Shown in pieces: positions 9,330-19,443 of a stretch of DNA of 64,000 nucleotides. The stretch is from an uncultured Gammaproteobacteria bacterium (GTDB taxonomy: Bacteria > Patescibacteriota > Patescibacteriia > Magasanikbacterales > JBBTQS01), in assembly GCA_965230935.1 (NCBI GenBank), contig OZ246400.1:310359-374358 (forward strand), written 5' to 3'. A program made the position numbers and the translations under genes. The notes under the pieces were generated by a model. The model worked only from the letters and a program-made list of their open reading frames with translations, did not search any database and was not told where the DNA came from. Each line of letters opens with the position of its first letter. Position 1 is the first letter of the stretch.

Positions 9330-10381
9330 AAAATATTTGGGTTATGAAGACGCTTATGCGCATGATCTAACACACGCTGAAGTCCTTCTTCTAAGCTAAT
9401 CTTTGGTTTCCATCCAAATGACATCACGCGAGATGGGTCGCCAAATCGGTTTTGAACACCAACTGGCTTGTCCAACAACTGTTTAATACCAGGTTCATAC
9501 CCTTCGAGTTTGGCATAGGTCTTACAAATCGTGTTAAAACTGGTGAGCACACCGGTACCAATGTTAACCCCACTGCCATCATGCACATGATCCAAAATCG
9601 TAATCATTGCCTCAACACAGTCATCGATATGAATAAAGTCGCGTGCTTGCTCACCAGTCCCCCACACCGTGAGCGGTGCCTCGTGCTTAGCAACGCGCAG
9701 AGCAATCGCCGGGACAGGATAACTTAGATCCTGATCCTCGCCATAGCCTGAAAAGGGTCGCACACAGGCAACCTTCATGCCGTATTGCTTCGCCGCCAAT
9801 GTACTTAAGTATTCACCGGTCAACTTACTCCATCCATACGTCATATCCGGTTGACCAACCGTACTTCCATCAAATGTAATCATTGACTCATCCAGCTTGG
9901 TGAACCCATCTTCTCCTTGCAATTGTGTTGGGTATGCGGCACTGGAACTTGCATACAACACCCGGTCAATCCGTTCTGGTTGACGCGTTGCCCACAAAAA
10001 GAATACCGCATCAATGCCCAAATCAGTTGCCACACGCATTGGATCACCATCAATCAACGCGCGACCACCGACAATCGACGCCAAATGATACACATCAGAA
10101 AATTCAGGCAATGTGTCGATTTGGTCGTTGGTTACGATGGTATATAAATAGGAAAGTAAATCACGATTTAAAAACGTAATAGTTGACTCACCCACATTGT
10201 AGATCACCTGCTGCTCATCTTGAGAACGTATCGTACCGCCAAGCCACACATCAGGATGTTTTCCAGTTGATAAATCATCAATAATCCAAAGGTCATGCCC
10301 GCGCTTGAGTAATGCAGACACCAAATGCCGGCCAACAAACCCACATCCTCCGGTAATTAAAATTGGTTTTTGCTTTTCCAT
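9326..10381 (-). CDS. NAD-dependent sugar-nucleotide epimerase/dehydratase (extended SDR)
   Basis: ILITGGCGFVGRHLV Rossmann motif, YASSSAAYP, and catalytic YGWSK (YxxxK). Overlaps the RGP-like gene by 4 nt, suggesting translational coupling. Confidence 0.7.
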   Translation of the reverse strand: MEKQKPILITGGCGFVGRHLVSALLKRGHDLWIIDDLSTGKHPDVWLGGTIRSQDEQQVIYNVGESTITFLNRDLLSYLYTIVTNDQIDTLPEFSDVYHLASIVGGRALIDGDPMRVATDLGIDAVFFLWATRQPERIDRVLYASSSAAYPTQLQGEDGFTKLDESMITFDGSTVGQPDMTYGWSKLTGEYLSTLAAKQYGMKVACVRPFSGYGEDQDLSYPVPAIALRVAKHEAPLTVWGTGEQARDFIHIDDCVEAMITILDHVHDGSGVNIGTGVLTSFNTICKTYAKLEGYEPGIKQLLDKPVGVQNRFGDPSRVMSFGWKPKISLEEGLQRVLDHAHKRLHNPNIL

Positions 10382-10382
10382 A

Positions 10383-11120
10383 TTATTTGGTAAATGTCTC
10401 TACCCGTTGCCATCGAATACGCCACGCTGGTGCCAGATAGCCCAACATGGTCGAGGTGTTATTATTTGATTCTCCTTCTTTGCGCGGCTTCCATGCTGAT
10501 GGCACTTCAGCAACTCGTGCCCCGCGACGCAATGGTTTGAGCAAACACTCCACTAAAAATGGATGCTTAAGTTCTTCCCATGTGATCCCCTCCAACACCT
10601 CGCGCCGATAGAGTCGAAATCCAAAGGTGAGATCAGTAAGCCGCACGCCATACAAGAGCGAAAAAAACTTTTGGAACACATAGTTTGCAACCATTTTAAC
10701 GGCGCCATACCCTTCAAACCCTCCGCCTTTGACCCAACGCGTGGTAGCCACAATATCTACATCGCCTTGTTGCATACGCGCCACCATGTCTTTGGCCGTT
10801 GCTGGATCGGTTTCAAGGTCTGATGACATGAGCAGTACGTAATTTTTTTGCGCTGCAGCAAATGCATCCTGCATTGCGCCACCCAGATATGATTTTTGCT
10901 GCTCAACCACGCGAATCTGCTCACCATACTGCTGCGTGAGCTGGGCAATCACCGCACGACTCTCTGATGTGGTTCGCTCAGGATGAATCACGATAAGGAT
11001 TTCTCCAATATATTGCGCATTTTCTTCCATCACAATATCAACGGTTTTTTGTAAAGAAAACGTCTCATTCATCACCGGAATCACTACTGAAATTGCATGC
11101 GTCAAATCAGGGGTATTCAT
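10383..11120 (-). CDS. GT2 glycosyltransferase, polyprenyl-phosphate sugar synthase-like (DPM1/ArnC-like)
   Basis: ISVVIPVMNE start typical of GT2. DLETD and ...GFRLYRREVL motifs. Start at Met 11120 (MNTPDL) is preceded by an AAGGA Shine-Dalgarno; the ORF-track start is 11171. Confidence 0.65.
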   Translation of the reverse strand: MNTPDLTHAISVVIPVMNETFSLQKTVDIVMEENAQYIGEILIVIHPERTTSESRAVIAQLTQQYGEQIRVVEQQKSYLGGAMQDAFAAAQKNYVLLMSSDLETDPATAKDMVARMQQGDVDIVATTRWVKGGGFEGYGAVKMVANYVFQKFFSLLYGVRLTDLTFGFRLYRREVLEGITWEELKHPFLVECLLKPLRRGARVAEVPSAWKPRKEGESNNNTSTMLGYLAPAWRIRWQRVETFTK

Positions 11121-11179
11121 GTTCCTTAGGGTATCAGAAGCCGATATGTGGGTCAATGAAAACTGGAACAACGCTCATT

Positions 11180-12769
11180 TTATTCTTCACCATCAAAATG
11201 AACAGTATACGCACGCAATGTGGAACCATGATAACTCAAATTATCAATTGAAAGATTTGTAATTTCTTGTAAATAGTCCTCAGGATTATCAATCCCAAGC
11301 AGTGGTCGGTATCGATATCCTAATGCAATATCATAATCAACATAATGCGTAATACCGACAGTTTTGAAAAACTCCCATAATTGCTTTTGTTTGATTGCTG
11401 TATAGGCATCGTGGTTCACTAAACCATCGCTGTTCATAATAAATCGATCAGACAAATACCCATAGATACCACTGTTAAATGAAGCGATCCTGGCATTTTC
11501 GGGTAAATTCTCGCGTATCCAATACGCGGCACGAATCATATCTTTCTCTGCAGGATACAACGGTAGTGCGGTTAATCCAGTACCAATAAAAAGTCCAGCA
11601 ATCCCAAGTGCCATAATCAATTGCATGCCGCGATTGCGTAGTGCTGACAATTGCGACCCAATCCACACCGCAACAAACACCAGCACAATTTGCGGGCCAA
11701 CAAAATACCACTCACGGGGTGTCCACCGGAGCGCGCCGTGGATCGCAACAAACAGGACACTAGCTACCATCACCATACCAATGTAGCGATTAGGAGCGTG
11801 TTGCCAATGCTTTCGCATCGCGGCAAAACGCTGTTTTGTGCGCAACCACTTGAGTGCAAGAGCGCCAAATGCAGCGTACACGAGCGCACCAATCGCCGTT
11901 TGCATTACCACCATATGGATGGCGAGTGCAAATTGATATGCAGACCAAATCAGCACCGTAGTGACGGTTCGATCTTTATAAAAAAACAACTGGCGATTAG
12001 TAAATGTAAGTGACAAACCACTTTCTTGTATTGGTGTACCTAAAGTGAAATAGCTCCACAGTACCCATGGGCTCAGCAGAAGGAAAAACGGAATAGAAAG
12101 ACTAAACGCCGTACGCCAAAATGCCCGTCGGTGATGCCACAAAAACCACAAGAAAATAACTCCAGGAAATACACCATAATCACTACGCGCAAGGGCAAGC
12201 AGCGCACCAAGTGCCCCCCACAAGGCAATACGTTTGATTGGCCAGCGATCCAGACCATAGATAATTGGAAAACCGATGAAGATTGCAAAGAGCATTATTG
12301 TGAGACTTGTTTCTAGCCCATTGAGCGCTGCAACCAACTGAAAAGGTGATAGTGCAACCAATGCCAACACCCACAGTGCTGCCCCAGCACGAAAGAGCTT
12401 GCGCGCAACACGATAGATCACCGCCAATGTTATTGCATCAAATAATGCTCCAAGAGTTACTAAAATATGCACCGGCAATGCATCACCTGCACCAGAGGTA
12501 AGCTTCATCACTCCTGTCACAATCCCCATCCACAATGGATGATATCCATTCGTCAAATGCAATCCATCAAATGTTGAGCCAAACCCTTCGGCGATATTTT
12601 GCCCAATTGCAAAATAATAAAATGAATCATCTGGCACAAACCATGCCGCCAACGTTTCGAGTGGCAACCAGGCAAGAATCAACCGCACCAGAAGCACTGC
12701 TGCAATTAAGCCAAAAGCAATCCGATCCACACGATCAGAGATGAACTTATTGTTTTTTCGCCAACACAT
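11180..12769 (-). CDS. GT-C fold membrane glycosyltransferase (PMT/ArnT-like, GT39/GT83-type)
   Basis: 529 aa with many TM helices and an N-terminal periplasmic-loop acidic motif (FVPDDSFYY). Paired immediately downstream of the GT2 polyprenyl-P-sugar synthase, the classic arrangement. Confidence 0.55.
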   Translation of the reverse strand: MCWRKNNKFISDRVDRIAFGLIAAVLLVRLILAWLPLETLAAWFVPDDSFYYFAIGQNIAEGFGSTFDGLHLTNGYHPLWMGIVTGVMKLTSGAGDALPVHILVTLGALFDAITLAVIYRVARKLFRAGAALWVLALVALSPFQLVAALNGLETSLTIMLFAIFIGFPIIYGLDRWPIKRIALWGALGALLALARSDYGVFPGVIFLWFLWHHRRAFWRTAFSLSIPFFLLLSPWVLWSYFTLGTPIQESGLSLTFTNRQLFFYKDRTVTTVLIWSAYQFALAIHMVVMQTAIGALVYAAFGALALKWLRTKQRFAAMRKHWQHAPNRYIGMVMVASVLFVAIHGALRWTPREWYFVGPQIVLVFVAVWIGSQLSALRNRGMQLIMALGIAGLFIGTGLTALPLYPAEKDMIRAAYWIRENLPENARIASFNSGIYGYLSDRFIMNSDGLVNHDAYTAIKQKQLWEFFKTVGITHYVDYDIALGYRYRPLLGIDNPEDYLQEITNLSIDNLSYHGSTLRAYTVHFDGEE

Positions 12770-13748
12770 AAATACCGGTCATATGATTACGGGTAACTCG
12801 CAAATATACCCACAGCACTGCTGCAGGAATCGAAAACAATGTATAGTCTTTTATTTTTGCGAGTACAAAGAGCACCTGAATTTTACCACTACGTTTGGGT
12901 GATGTCGATGGATTATCTTGTGGTACTTGAGTAGATGTTTCACCTTGCGCTTGTGCATCGCGCTTGTATGCCAACTTTTTGGCTTTAGCAACCAACCCAA
13001 AACTCAAATATCCAGCAGTCCAAAAATGAAACTTGGTCACCAAATACGCAAATGAAGCACCATAGCGACGAAACTTTACCACATCAAACCCATTGGCTGA
13101 TAAAAAATGGCGATACGCCGTGCGATTCCAGCGACTTAAATGACGAGGCGGCACATCATTTACTTTAAACGGCTGCCACGAACCTCGGTATGGTGTGCTA
13201 ATCACCATAAACCCACCTGGCTCTAGCACATCGTGAATCTCGCGAACAAACGCCTGAGGATTATCCAGATGCTCTAACACTTCAAACAATGTCACCACAG
13301 CAAACTGCTTTTGTGGGAAGTGTTCACGAAACTGCGCTAATGTCATGGCATATGCCTGACGCAAACCAAACACATTTTTAGCTACCTCAATAGCATACGT
13401 ATCAAAGTCCAACCCGTGTACATCGTAACCAATTTTGCGCGCCGCATTGATAAAATTTCCAGTCCCCATTCCTAAATCAAGCAATGTCCCATTGGGGGCA
13501 GGATTATCGCGCAAAAACATACGATGCGTAATCACCGGCTTCATGTGCGGATCAGCATTGCGATCAGCATACCGCTCATCATGTTCATACCACTGCGCAC
13601 CTGGATTTTGCATAGGATCCCAAAACTGACCAACGCAAACTGCACATTCCCAAAGCGTATAACCATCATGTGTCTCCTGATATGTGAGTGGAGCCTGTTC
13701 AAGACAAATGCCACAATGGTTTGGCGCTTGAGGTTGTGTCTGATCCAT
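12747..13748 (-). CDS. class I SAM-dependent methyltransferase with N-terminal zinc ribbon
   Basis: CGICLEQ...CAVCVG zinc-ribbon pairs. LLDLGMGTGNF (motif I) and VVTLFEVLEHLDNP (motif II/III). Confidence 0.6.
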   Translation of the reverse strand: MDQTQPQAPNHCGICLEQAPLTYQETHDGYTLWECAVCVGQFWDPMQNPGAQWYEHDERYADRNADPHMKPVITHRMFLRDNPAPNGTLLDLGMGTGNFINAARKIGYDVHGLDFDTYAIEVAKNVFGLRQAYAMTLAQFREHFPQKQFAVVTLFEVLEHLDNPQAFVREIHDVLEPGGFMVISTPYRGSWQPFKVNDVPPRHLSRWNRTAYRHFLSANGFDVVKFRRYGASFAYLVTKFHFWTAGYLSFGLVAKAKKLAYKRDAQAQGETSTQVPQDNPSTSPKRSGKIQVLFVLAKIKDYTLFSIPAAVLWVYLRVTRNHMTGIYVLAKKQ

Positions 13749-13750
13749 AC

Positions 13751-14419
13751 TTACTTTTTGGCGCTTACCAAATATCCCATTGGGTAGGTGTCACCGCGAT
13801 AGGATTTACCCGTGATTTTGGCAAACCCGGTGAATAGCGCGTCGCATACCTTTGCACACCAGGTGAGCGGATACTCCACAATGGCGCTCAAAAATCCTGG
13901 AAGCAAACGCCCAATAAACAAATGGCGAGTCATAAATACTCCCCCACCAATTGGCGTAATAGTCACCTGAGAAAAACCGGCTTCAGTAAACATGCGCTCA
14001 AGCGCGCGATCAGTAAAGCGATAAAAATCATGCGGACTTGGGTGGATTGGGTACAAAAATGGCACTACCGCGACAACCGGCGCACCAGAACGGACAACGC
14101 GATACGTCTCCTGCACAAGTTGTTGCACATGATAAATATGCTCCAATACATTAATAAGCAATGCACCATCATACGATGCATCAGCTACGGGAATTGGTTC
14201 TTCAAGATCAGCAACAATATCCGTGTCTTTGATCGTGTCGAGATTTACGGTTTTGACTGTAAAATCACCCTCCAAAAACTGATGATACTCACTCGCATGC
14301 TCACCCCCTAAATCCAAAATTTCACCAGTGAATTTATGGCCAGCAAGCGCGGCATGAGTTTGTCGACGAAATACACTATACATAGGCAAAAGTATACGTT
14401 CTGTTTGGCCAATTGTCAA
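13751..14419 (-). CDS. class I SAM-dependent methyltransferase (type 11)
   Basis: ILDLGGE motif I and DGALLINVLEHIYHVQQLV motif. Confidence 0.6.
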   Translation of the reverse strand: MTIGQTERILLPMYSVFRRQTHAALAGHKFTGEILDLGGEHASEYHQFLEGDFTVKTVNLDTIKDTDIVADLEEPIPVADASYDGALLINVLEHIYHVQQLVQETYRVVRSGAPVVAVVPFLYPIHPSPHDFYRFTDRALERMFTEAGFSQVTITPIGGGVFMTRHLFIGRLLPGFLSAIVEYPLTWCAKVCDALFTGFAKITGKSYRGDTYPMGYLVSAKK

Positions 14420-14496
14420 AAAGACAATACCAGCAAAACCCTTGATAAATTCTGTATTTTAGGCTATGATGGACACGTTATCTTTACTCTTTTCCC

Positions 14497-15555
14497 ATGG
14501 AAAATCAAGACCCCAAAGCAATACTGATCACCGGCGGCGCCGGTTTTATTGGGAGCAATGTATTGCGCCATCTTTTCAAACAATTTCCCAACACACATTT
14601 TCACGTGTTAGACCTGCTCACCTATGCAGGAGATATTAAAAATATCGACGACGAAATTCATGATTCTGGTCGCTTTACCTTTTGGTATGGTGACATCCGC
14701 AATGAGCAGCTGGTAAACGAAATTATTGGTCGTTGTGAAATGGTAATTCATTTTGCAGCAGAAACCCATGTGGCACGCTCAATTTACGATGACGTCAAAT
14801 TTTTTGAAACTGATGTGCTGGGTACGCGTGCAATCGCAAATGCTGTTTTGCAGCATCGTGAGACCATCAAACGCTTTATCCATATTTCAACGTCCGAGGT
14901 GTATGGAACTGCTGACTACGAACCAATGGATACCAAACACCCGCTCAACCCAATGAGTCCATATGCTGCTGCAAAAGCAGGAGCAGATCGTCTGGTGTAT
15001 TCATACATGGCAACCTATAATTTACCAGCCACGATCATCCGTCCGTTTAACATCTATGGTCCGCATCAACATTTGGAAAAATTGATTCCACGCTTTATCA
15101 CGAGTGTGATGCTGGATGAACCAATGACCGTTCATGGAGACGGTAGCTCCCAGCGCGACTTTACCTATGTCGAGGATGTAGCACGCGCAATTGAACTCGT
15201 GCTGAAAGCACCGGATGAAAAAGTCCGTGGAGAAGTTTTCAATGTCGCCAGTGGAGTCGCTCGATCAGTACTTGAAATTGCGCAAAAGATCACCGAACTC
15301 TTTAAAGCACAAGAGAATCTAAAATTTAGTCCGACAACCATTAATGTTGGTGATCGTCCTGGGCAGGTCTTCAAGCATATTGGTGATGCCAGTAAAATTA
15401 AAGACGTCCTTGGCTGGGAACAACAGGTTAGTTTTGAAGAAGGACTTAAGCGCACCATGAACTGGTATGTTGAGCGTCGTGAGTGGTGGAAAGAAAAAAT
15501 TTGGATGCGACATGTAGAGATCCTCACCCAAGAAGGCACCAAAGAACTTCACTAA
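14497..15555 (+). CDS. NDP-hexose 4,6-dehydratase (dTDP/CDP-glucose 4,6-dehydratase family)
   Basis: ILITGGAGFIGSNV, VIHFAAETHVARS, STSEVYG, YAAAKAGADRLVYSY, IRPFNIYGPHQHLEKLIP all match the RfbB-type 4,6-dehydratase family. Nucleotide specificity not determinable. Confidence 0.7.
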   Translation: MENQDPKAILITGGAGFIGSNVLRHLFKQFPNTHFHVLDLLTYAGDIKNIDDEIHDSGRFTFWYGDIRNEQLVNEIIGRCEMVIHFAAETHVARSIYDDVKFFETDVLGTRAIANAVLQHRETIKRFIHISTSEVYGTADYEPMDTKHPLNPMSPYAAAKAGADRLVYSYMATYNLPATIIRPFNIYGPHQHLEKLIPRFITSVMLDEPMTVHGDGSSQRDFTYVEDVARAIELVLKAPDEKVRGEVFNVASGVARSVLEIAQKITELFKAQENLKFSPTTINVGDRPGQVFKHIGDASKIKDVLGWEQQVSFEEGLKRTMNWYVERREWWKEKIWMRHVEILTQEGTKELH

Positions 15556-15558
15556 TCT

Positions 15559-16503
15559 ATGGCAGCTCGACGAGCATTTATCACCGGGGCAAGTGGTTTT
15601 GTAGGTAGCAACCTTCTTCGTGCGCTGCTTGCTGATGGGTATGAAGTGCATGGTCTGGTGCGCGCAAAATCAGCATCTGCGTGGCGTTTACCCAGCGATG
15701 CCGCGAATCTTCATTTACATGAAGGCGATATTACTGACGAAAAATTTTTGACCCGAATTCTTAAAGAGATTGCACCACACGAAGTGTACCATCTGGCACA
15801 CTATGGTGGATATCGCGGGCAAGACGATGTGCGCATGATCCGAAACGTCTGCATTGATGGCACACAAGCGCTCTACAATGCTTGCGCCCAGATTAATAGC
15901 ATTGAAGGAATTGTCCATGCCGGGAGCTCATCTGAATATGGAGTGAAGCCAGAATCCATGCGCGAAGACATGGTGCTTGAACCACACACTGAATATGGCA
16001 TTGCCAAAGCATGGGCAACATTGTATGGGCAAATGTTGGCGCGCCAGAACATCTTACCAATCACAACGGTACGACTGTTTGCGGTGTACGGACCATACGA
16101 AGCAGCAACTCGCCTGGTGCCAGCTGCAGTATTAGCGGCGTTGCGCAACACTACGATGAATCTCTCTGACCCAACAGCCACTCGTGACTTTGTGTATATC
16201 GATGATGTAATTGCTGCACTACGCCTTGTGGCAACCGGAAAACATTCCGGAAGCATTTACAATATTGGTGGTGGGGCACAAACCACGATCAAAGATATGG
16301 TTGACCTGATCGCACAAGCGGCACATGTATCTTTAGACATACATATTGGAACCATTGCCGGACGAAACGCTGATGTTCCATTTTGGCAAGCAGATATCTC
16401 ACAGGCAACTGCAGAACTTGGCTGGAAACCAACACATACTCTTAAAGATGGCGTTGCAAAAACAGTTACCTGGTTTACCCAAAATCAAACCTTATACACC
16501 TAG
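15559..16503 (+). CDS. NAD(P)-dependent epimerase/reductase (SDR), probable deoxysugar 4-reductase/epimerase
   Basis: FITGASGFVGSNLLRALL Rossmann motif and YGIAKAW catalytic YxxxK. Follows the 4,6-dehydratase with a 3-nt gap. Confidence 0.6.
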   Translation: MAARRAFITGASGFVGSNLLRALLADGYEVHGLVRAKSASAWRLPSDAANLHLHEGDITDEKFLTRILKEIAPHEVYHLAHYGGYRGQDDVRMIRNVCIDGTQALYNACAQINSIEGIVHAGSSSEYGVKPESMREDMVLEPHTEYGIAKAWATLYGQMLARQNILPITTVRLFAVYGPYEAATRLVPAAVLAALRNTTMNLSDPTATRDFVYIDDVIAALRLVATGKHSGSIYNIGGGAQTTIKDMVDLIAQAAHVSLDIHIGTIAGRNADVPFWQADISQATAELGWKPTHTLKDGVAKTVTWFTQNQTLYT

Positions 16504-16507
16504 TATT

Positions 16508-17329
16508 ATGGCGCAAAAGCTCAACACTACAGAACTCACCACGGCTGCCCGCGAAGTACGCGAGCTTATTTTGCGTACTGCAGCGCGCACCGGAGTGATC
16601 CATATTGGCTCCTCCCTTTCCCCTGTTGATCTGCTTGTTGCACTGTACTACGAAATAATGAACATTGACCCATCTGCTCCTAAAGATCCTAATCGCGATC
16701 GGTTTATCTTAAGCAAAGGCCATGGTGGACTCAGCCAATACGCAGTACTCGCTATGCGAGGCATTATGCCAATGCACCAACTTGATGAGTACATGAAAGA
16801 TAATAGTCTTTTGCCGGTTCACCCGGTACTTAATTCAGCTCCTGGAATTGAAGCAACGACCGGTTCACTTGGTCATGGATTAGGTATTGCCGTTGGTATG
16901 GCACTAGCCGCGAAAAAAAATAAGGCCGATTGGCGAACCTTCACCATCTTAAGCGATGGTGAGTGCGACGAAGGTTCAACTTGGGAAGCTGCGCTGTTGG
17001 CCGGTCACTTACAACTTGATAATTTGGTGGTCATGGTGGACTACAATAAAATTCAAGGCTTTGGAAACACTAAAGACATCTTGGATCTAGAACCATTTGC
17101 CGACAAATGGCGTGCAGCTCGATTTGCAGTTCAAGAAATCGACGGCCACAACTTTGACGAAATTATGCCAGCACTGCGCAACCTTCCATTATCCTCCGGC
17201 AAACCAACTGCGCTTATTTGTCACACGGTTAAAGGGAAAGGAATCCCCTACATGGAAAACACGCTCAAATGGCATTATAGCAATCTAAAACCTGAGGATC
17301 TTGATACGACGCTCGATCAATTGTCCTAG
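16508..17329 (+). CDS. transketolase, N-terminal (TPP-binding) subunit
   Basis: HIGSSLSPVDLLVALYY, DRFILSKGHGGLSQY, GSLGHGLGIAVGMA, DGECDEGSTWEA. Start taken at Met 16508, directly after the upstream stop; the ORF-track start at 16346 overlaps the previous gene. Confidence 0.75.
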   Translation: MAQKLNTTELTTAAREVRELILRTAARTGVIHIGSSLSPVDLLVALYYEIMNIDPSAPKDPNRDRFILSKGHGGLSQYAVLAMRGIMPMHQLDEYMKDNSLLPVHPVLNSAPGIEATTGSLGHGLGIAVGMALAAKKNKADWRTFTILSDGECDEGSTWEAALLAGHLQLDNLVVMVDYNKIQGFGNTKDILDLEPFADKWRAARFAVQEIDGHNFDEIMPALRNLPLSSGKPTALICHTVKGKGIPYMENTLKWHYSNLKPEDLDTTLDQLS

Positions 17330-17334
17330 TCCCT

Positions 17335-18258
17335 ATGCGCAACACCTTTATTGCTCAACTGACTGAATTTGCAAAACAAAACCCAGATGCAATGCTACTC
17401 ACTGGTGATCTTGGCTATAATGCCTTTGAGACATTTATGCAAGAACTTCCGGAGCAGTACTTGAATGTTGGTGTTGCAGAACAAAGTTTGATCAGTGTTG
17501 CTGCCGGTTTGGCACTGAGCGGCAAGAAAGTATTTTGCTATTCAATCTCCACCTTTGCGACCATGCGTGCGTATGAACAAATCCGCAATGACATTGCCTA
17601 TCAAAATTTGCCAGTGGTGATTATCGGTGGCGGAAGCACGTTTAGTTACAGCGTGCTTGGGTGCACCCATTTTCCGATGGAAGACATTGCGATTATGCGC
17701 GCACTCCCGAACATGCATGTGCTGTGCCCCGGTGATCCGCATGAGGTGAAACAGCTTATGCAACAAGTCTGTACTCTTGATGCACCGGTGTACATGCGTA
17801 CAGCAAAACGTGGAGAACCAATGGTTCATCCGGCGGATACACCAATTACACTAGGGAAGGCGGCGATGCTTCAAGATGGTACTGATGTGACTCTTGCGGT
17901 CAGTGGCCGACAATTGCCATTTGTTATGCAAGCAGCTGAGCAACTCCAAAAAGAGCACGGAATGAGTGTCCGGGTATTGAGTTTTCACACAATCAAACCG
18001 CTTGACACTCAAGCGATTCTTGATGCAGCAAAAGACACAAGCGGAATTGTGACGATTGAAGAACATTTGATTACCGGAGGTTTTGGTAGTGCTGTCGCCG
18101 AAGTATTGGCTGACGCCACTGTAAACACCACGCTTAAGCGCATTGCCGTAGCAGATGAATTTCCAAAAGGAATCGGGACGCAAGAGTATATGCTTGAGCA
18201 ATATGGCATCACCATAGAAAACATGGTGGCGCAAGCATTGGCTATTGTACAAAAATAG
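17335..18258 (+). CDS. transketolase, C-terminal (pyrimidine-binding / C-terminal domain) subunit
   Basis: GVAEQSLISVAAGLALSGK and VVIIGGGSTFSYSVLGCTH. Split-transketolase partner of the preceding gene. Confidence 0.75.
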   Translation: MRNTFIAQLTEFAKQNPDAMLLTGDLGYNAFETFMQELPEQYLNVGVAEQSLISVAAGLALSGKKVFCYSISTFATMRAYEQIRNDIAYQNLPVVIIGGGSTFSYSVLGCTHFPMEDIAIMRALPNMHVLCPGDPHEVKQLMQQVCTLDAPVYMRTAKRGEPMVHPADTPITLGKAAMLQDGTDVTLAVSGRQLPFVMQAAEQLQKEHGMSVRVLSFHTIKPLDTQAILDAAKDTSGIVTIEEHLITGGFGSAVAEVLADATVNTTLKRIAVADEFPKGIGTQEYMLEQYGITIENMVAQALAIVQK

Positions 18259-18260
18259 GT

Positions 18261-19433
18261 ATGCCAAAGGTTTTCATTATTGTGAATGAACTCCTGCGCG
18301 GCGGTGCTCAGCGCATTATTCTTGATCTGGCAAAATCCATTCCACGCGATCAGTTTGCATTACACATTGTGATGTGTAAATCAAAAGATAGTTTTCCAAA
18401 CGATGTTTCATCACTGCAAGATGAATTTGCTAAGATAGATATTCCGGTAATCTCTCTTGAGGGTGGCAAACGCTTTTCATTTGCTGAATTTCGTCGACTG
18501 GTGAGACTACTCAAAAAAGAAAAGCCTGACATTGTGCATACCTTCCTCCCCTACGCCGGAACCATGGGACGTATTGCAGCCAAGCTCGCTGGTGTGCGCT
18601 GTGTCATCAGCACCAAGTGCAATCTTCCGGTCGCCTATAGCAAAAAAGTATATTGGTTGGACAAACTCACACTATGGTTAGCTGATACGTGGATTGGAGC
18701 AACTGAGGGAATTGAGCTGCATTATGGCAAGTCAAGTAAGCGCTTCTCGCAAAAACTTTGGAATGCCGGTCGTCGACACTTTACTATTGTCGCCGGTGTA
18801 GATACGACAACACTTCAAGGGGTGCAAAACGCTATTGATTACACTGCCAAACGTGCACAAATTGATGTTCCATCAGACGCCACCATGATCTTCACCACAG
18901 CACGGCTCATCTCATGGAAAGGAATCAACTATGCAATTGATGCATTGCACAAACTTGATGCAAACACGCATTTGGTAATCGCCGGCTGGGGACCTCAAGA
19001 AGCTGAATTACGCGAGCAAGCCAATACTCTTGGTCTGACCGACCGGGTTCATTTTCTGGGAAGTCGTGATGATATCTACGAACTTTTGGCAGTTGCTGAC
19101 ATCTATGTGCAAACCTTTGCTACGATGCCGGATGGCAAACTATGGGTTGGTCCAAATACGTCACTTATTGAAGGAGCTGCCAGTGGAATCCCAGTAGTCT
19201 GCACACATGTACCACTCATTGAGCAGTTGATTGAAGATGGAATTACTGGCAAACTAGCTGATGTAAATAGTGCAGAATCATTGGCCCAAGCAATCACCTG
19301 GTGCACTGATCATCCAAAACAAGCACAAGGACTTGCACGTGCTGCACAGCAACGAGTTCACGAAAAATATTCAATCACGGCAATGAGCACACAAACGCAA
19401 CAGCTCTATAGCGCCTGTCTTAATCAGACATAA
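18261..19433 (+). CDS. GT4 glycosyltransferase
   Basis: C-terminal EGAASGIPVVCT GT4 (E-x7-E region) signature, 390 aa. Confidence 0.65.
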   Translation: MPKVFIIVNELLRGGAQRIILDLAKSIPRDQFALHIVMCKSKDSFPNDVSSLQDEFAKIDIPVISLEGGKRFSFAEFRRLVRLLKKEKPDIVHTFLPYAGTMGRIAAKLAGVRCVISTKCNLPVAYSKKVYWLDKLTLWLADTWIGATEGIELHYGKSSKRFSQKLWNAGRRHFTIVAGVDTTTLQGVQNAIDYTAKRAQIDVPSDATMIFTTARLISWKGINYAIDALHKLDANTHLVIAGWGPQEAELREQANTLGLTDRVHFLGSRDDIYELLAVADIYVQTFATMPDGKLWVGPNTSLIEGAASGIPVVCTHVPLIEQLIEDGITGKLADVNSAESLAQAITWCTDHPKQAQGLARAAQQRVHEKYSITAMSTQTQQLYSACLNQT

Positions 19434-19443
19434 TTACAACACT

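Noticed and set aside
16346-16507. ORF-track N-terminal extension of the transketolase N-subunit (start 16346)
   Set aside because: It overlaps the 3' end of the preceding epimerase gene in another frame. An ATG at 16508, directly after that gene's stop, starts the conserved transketolase sequence.
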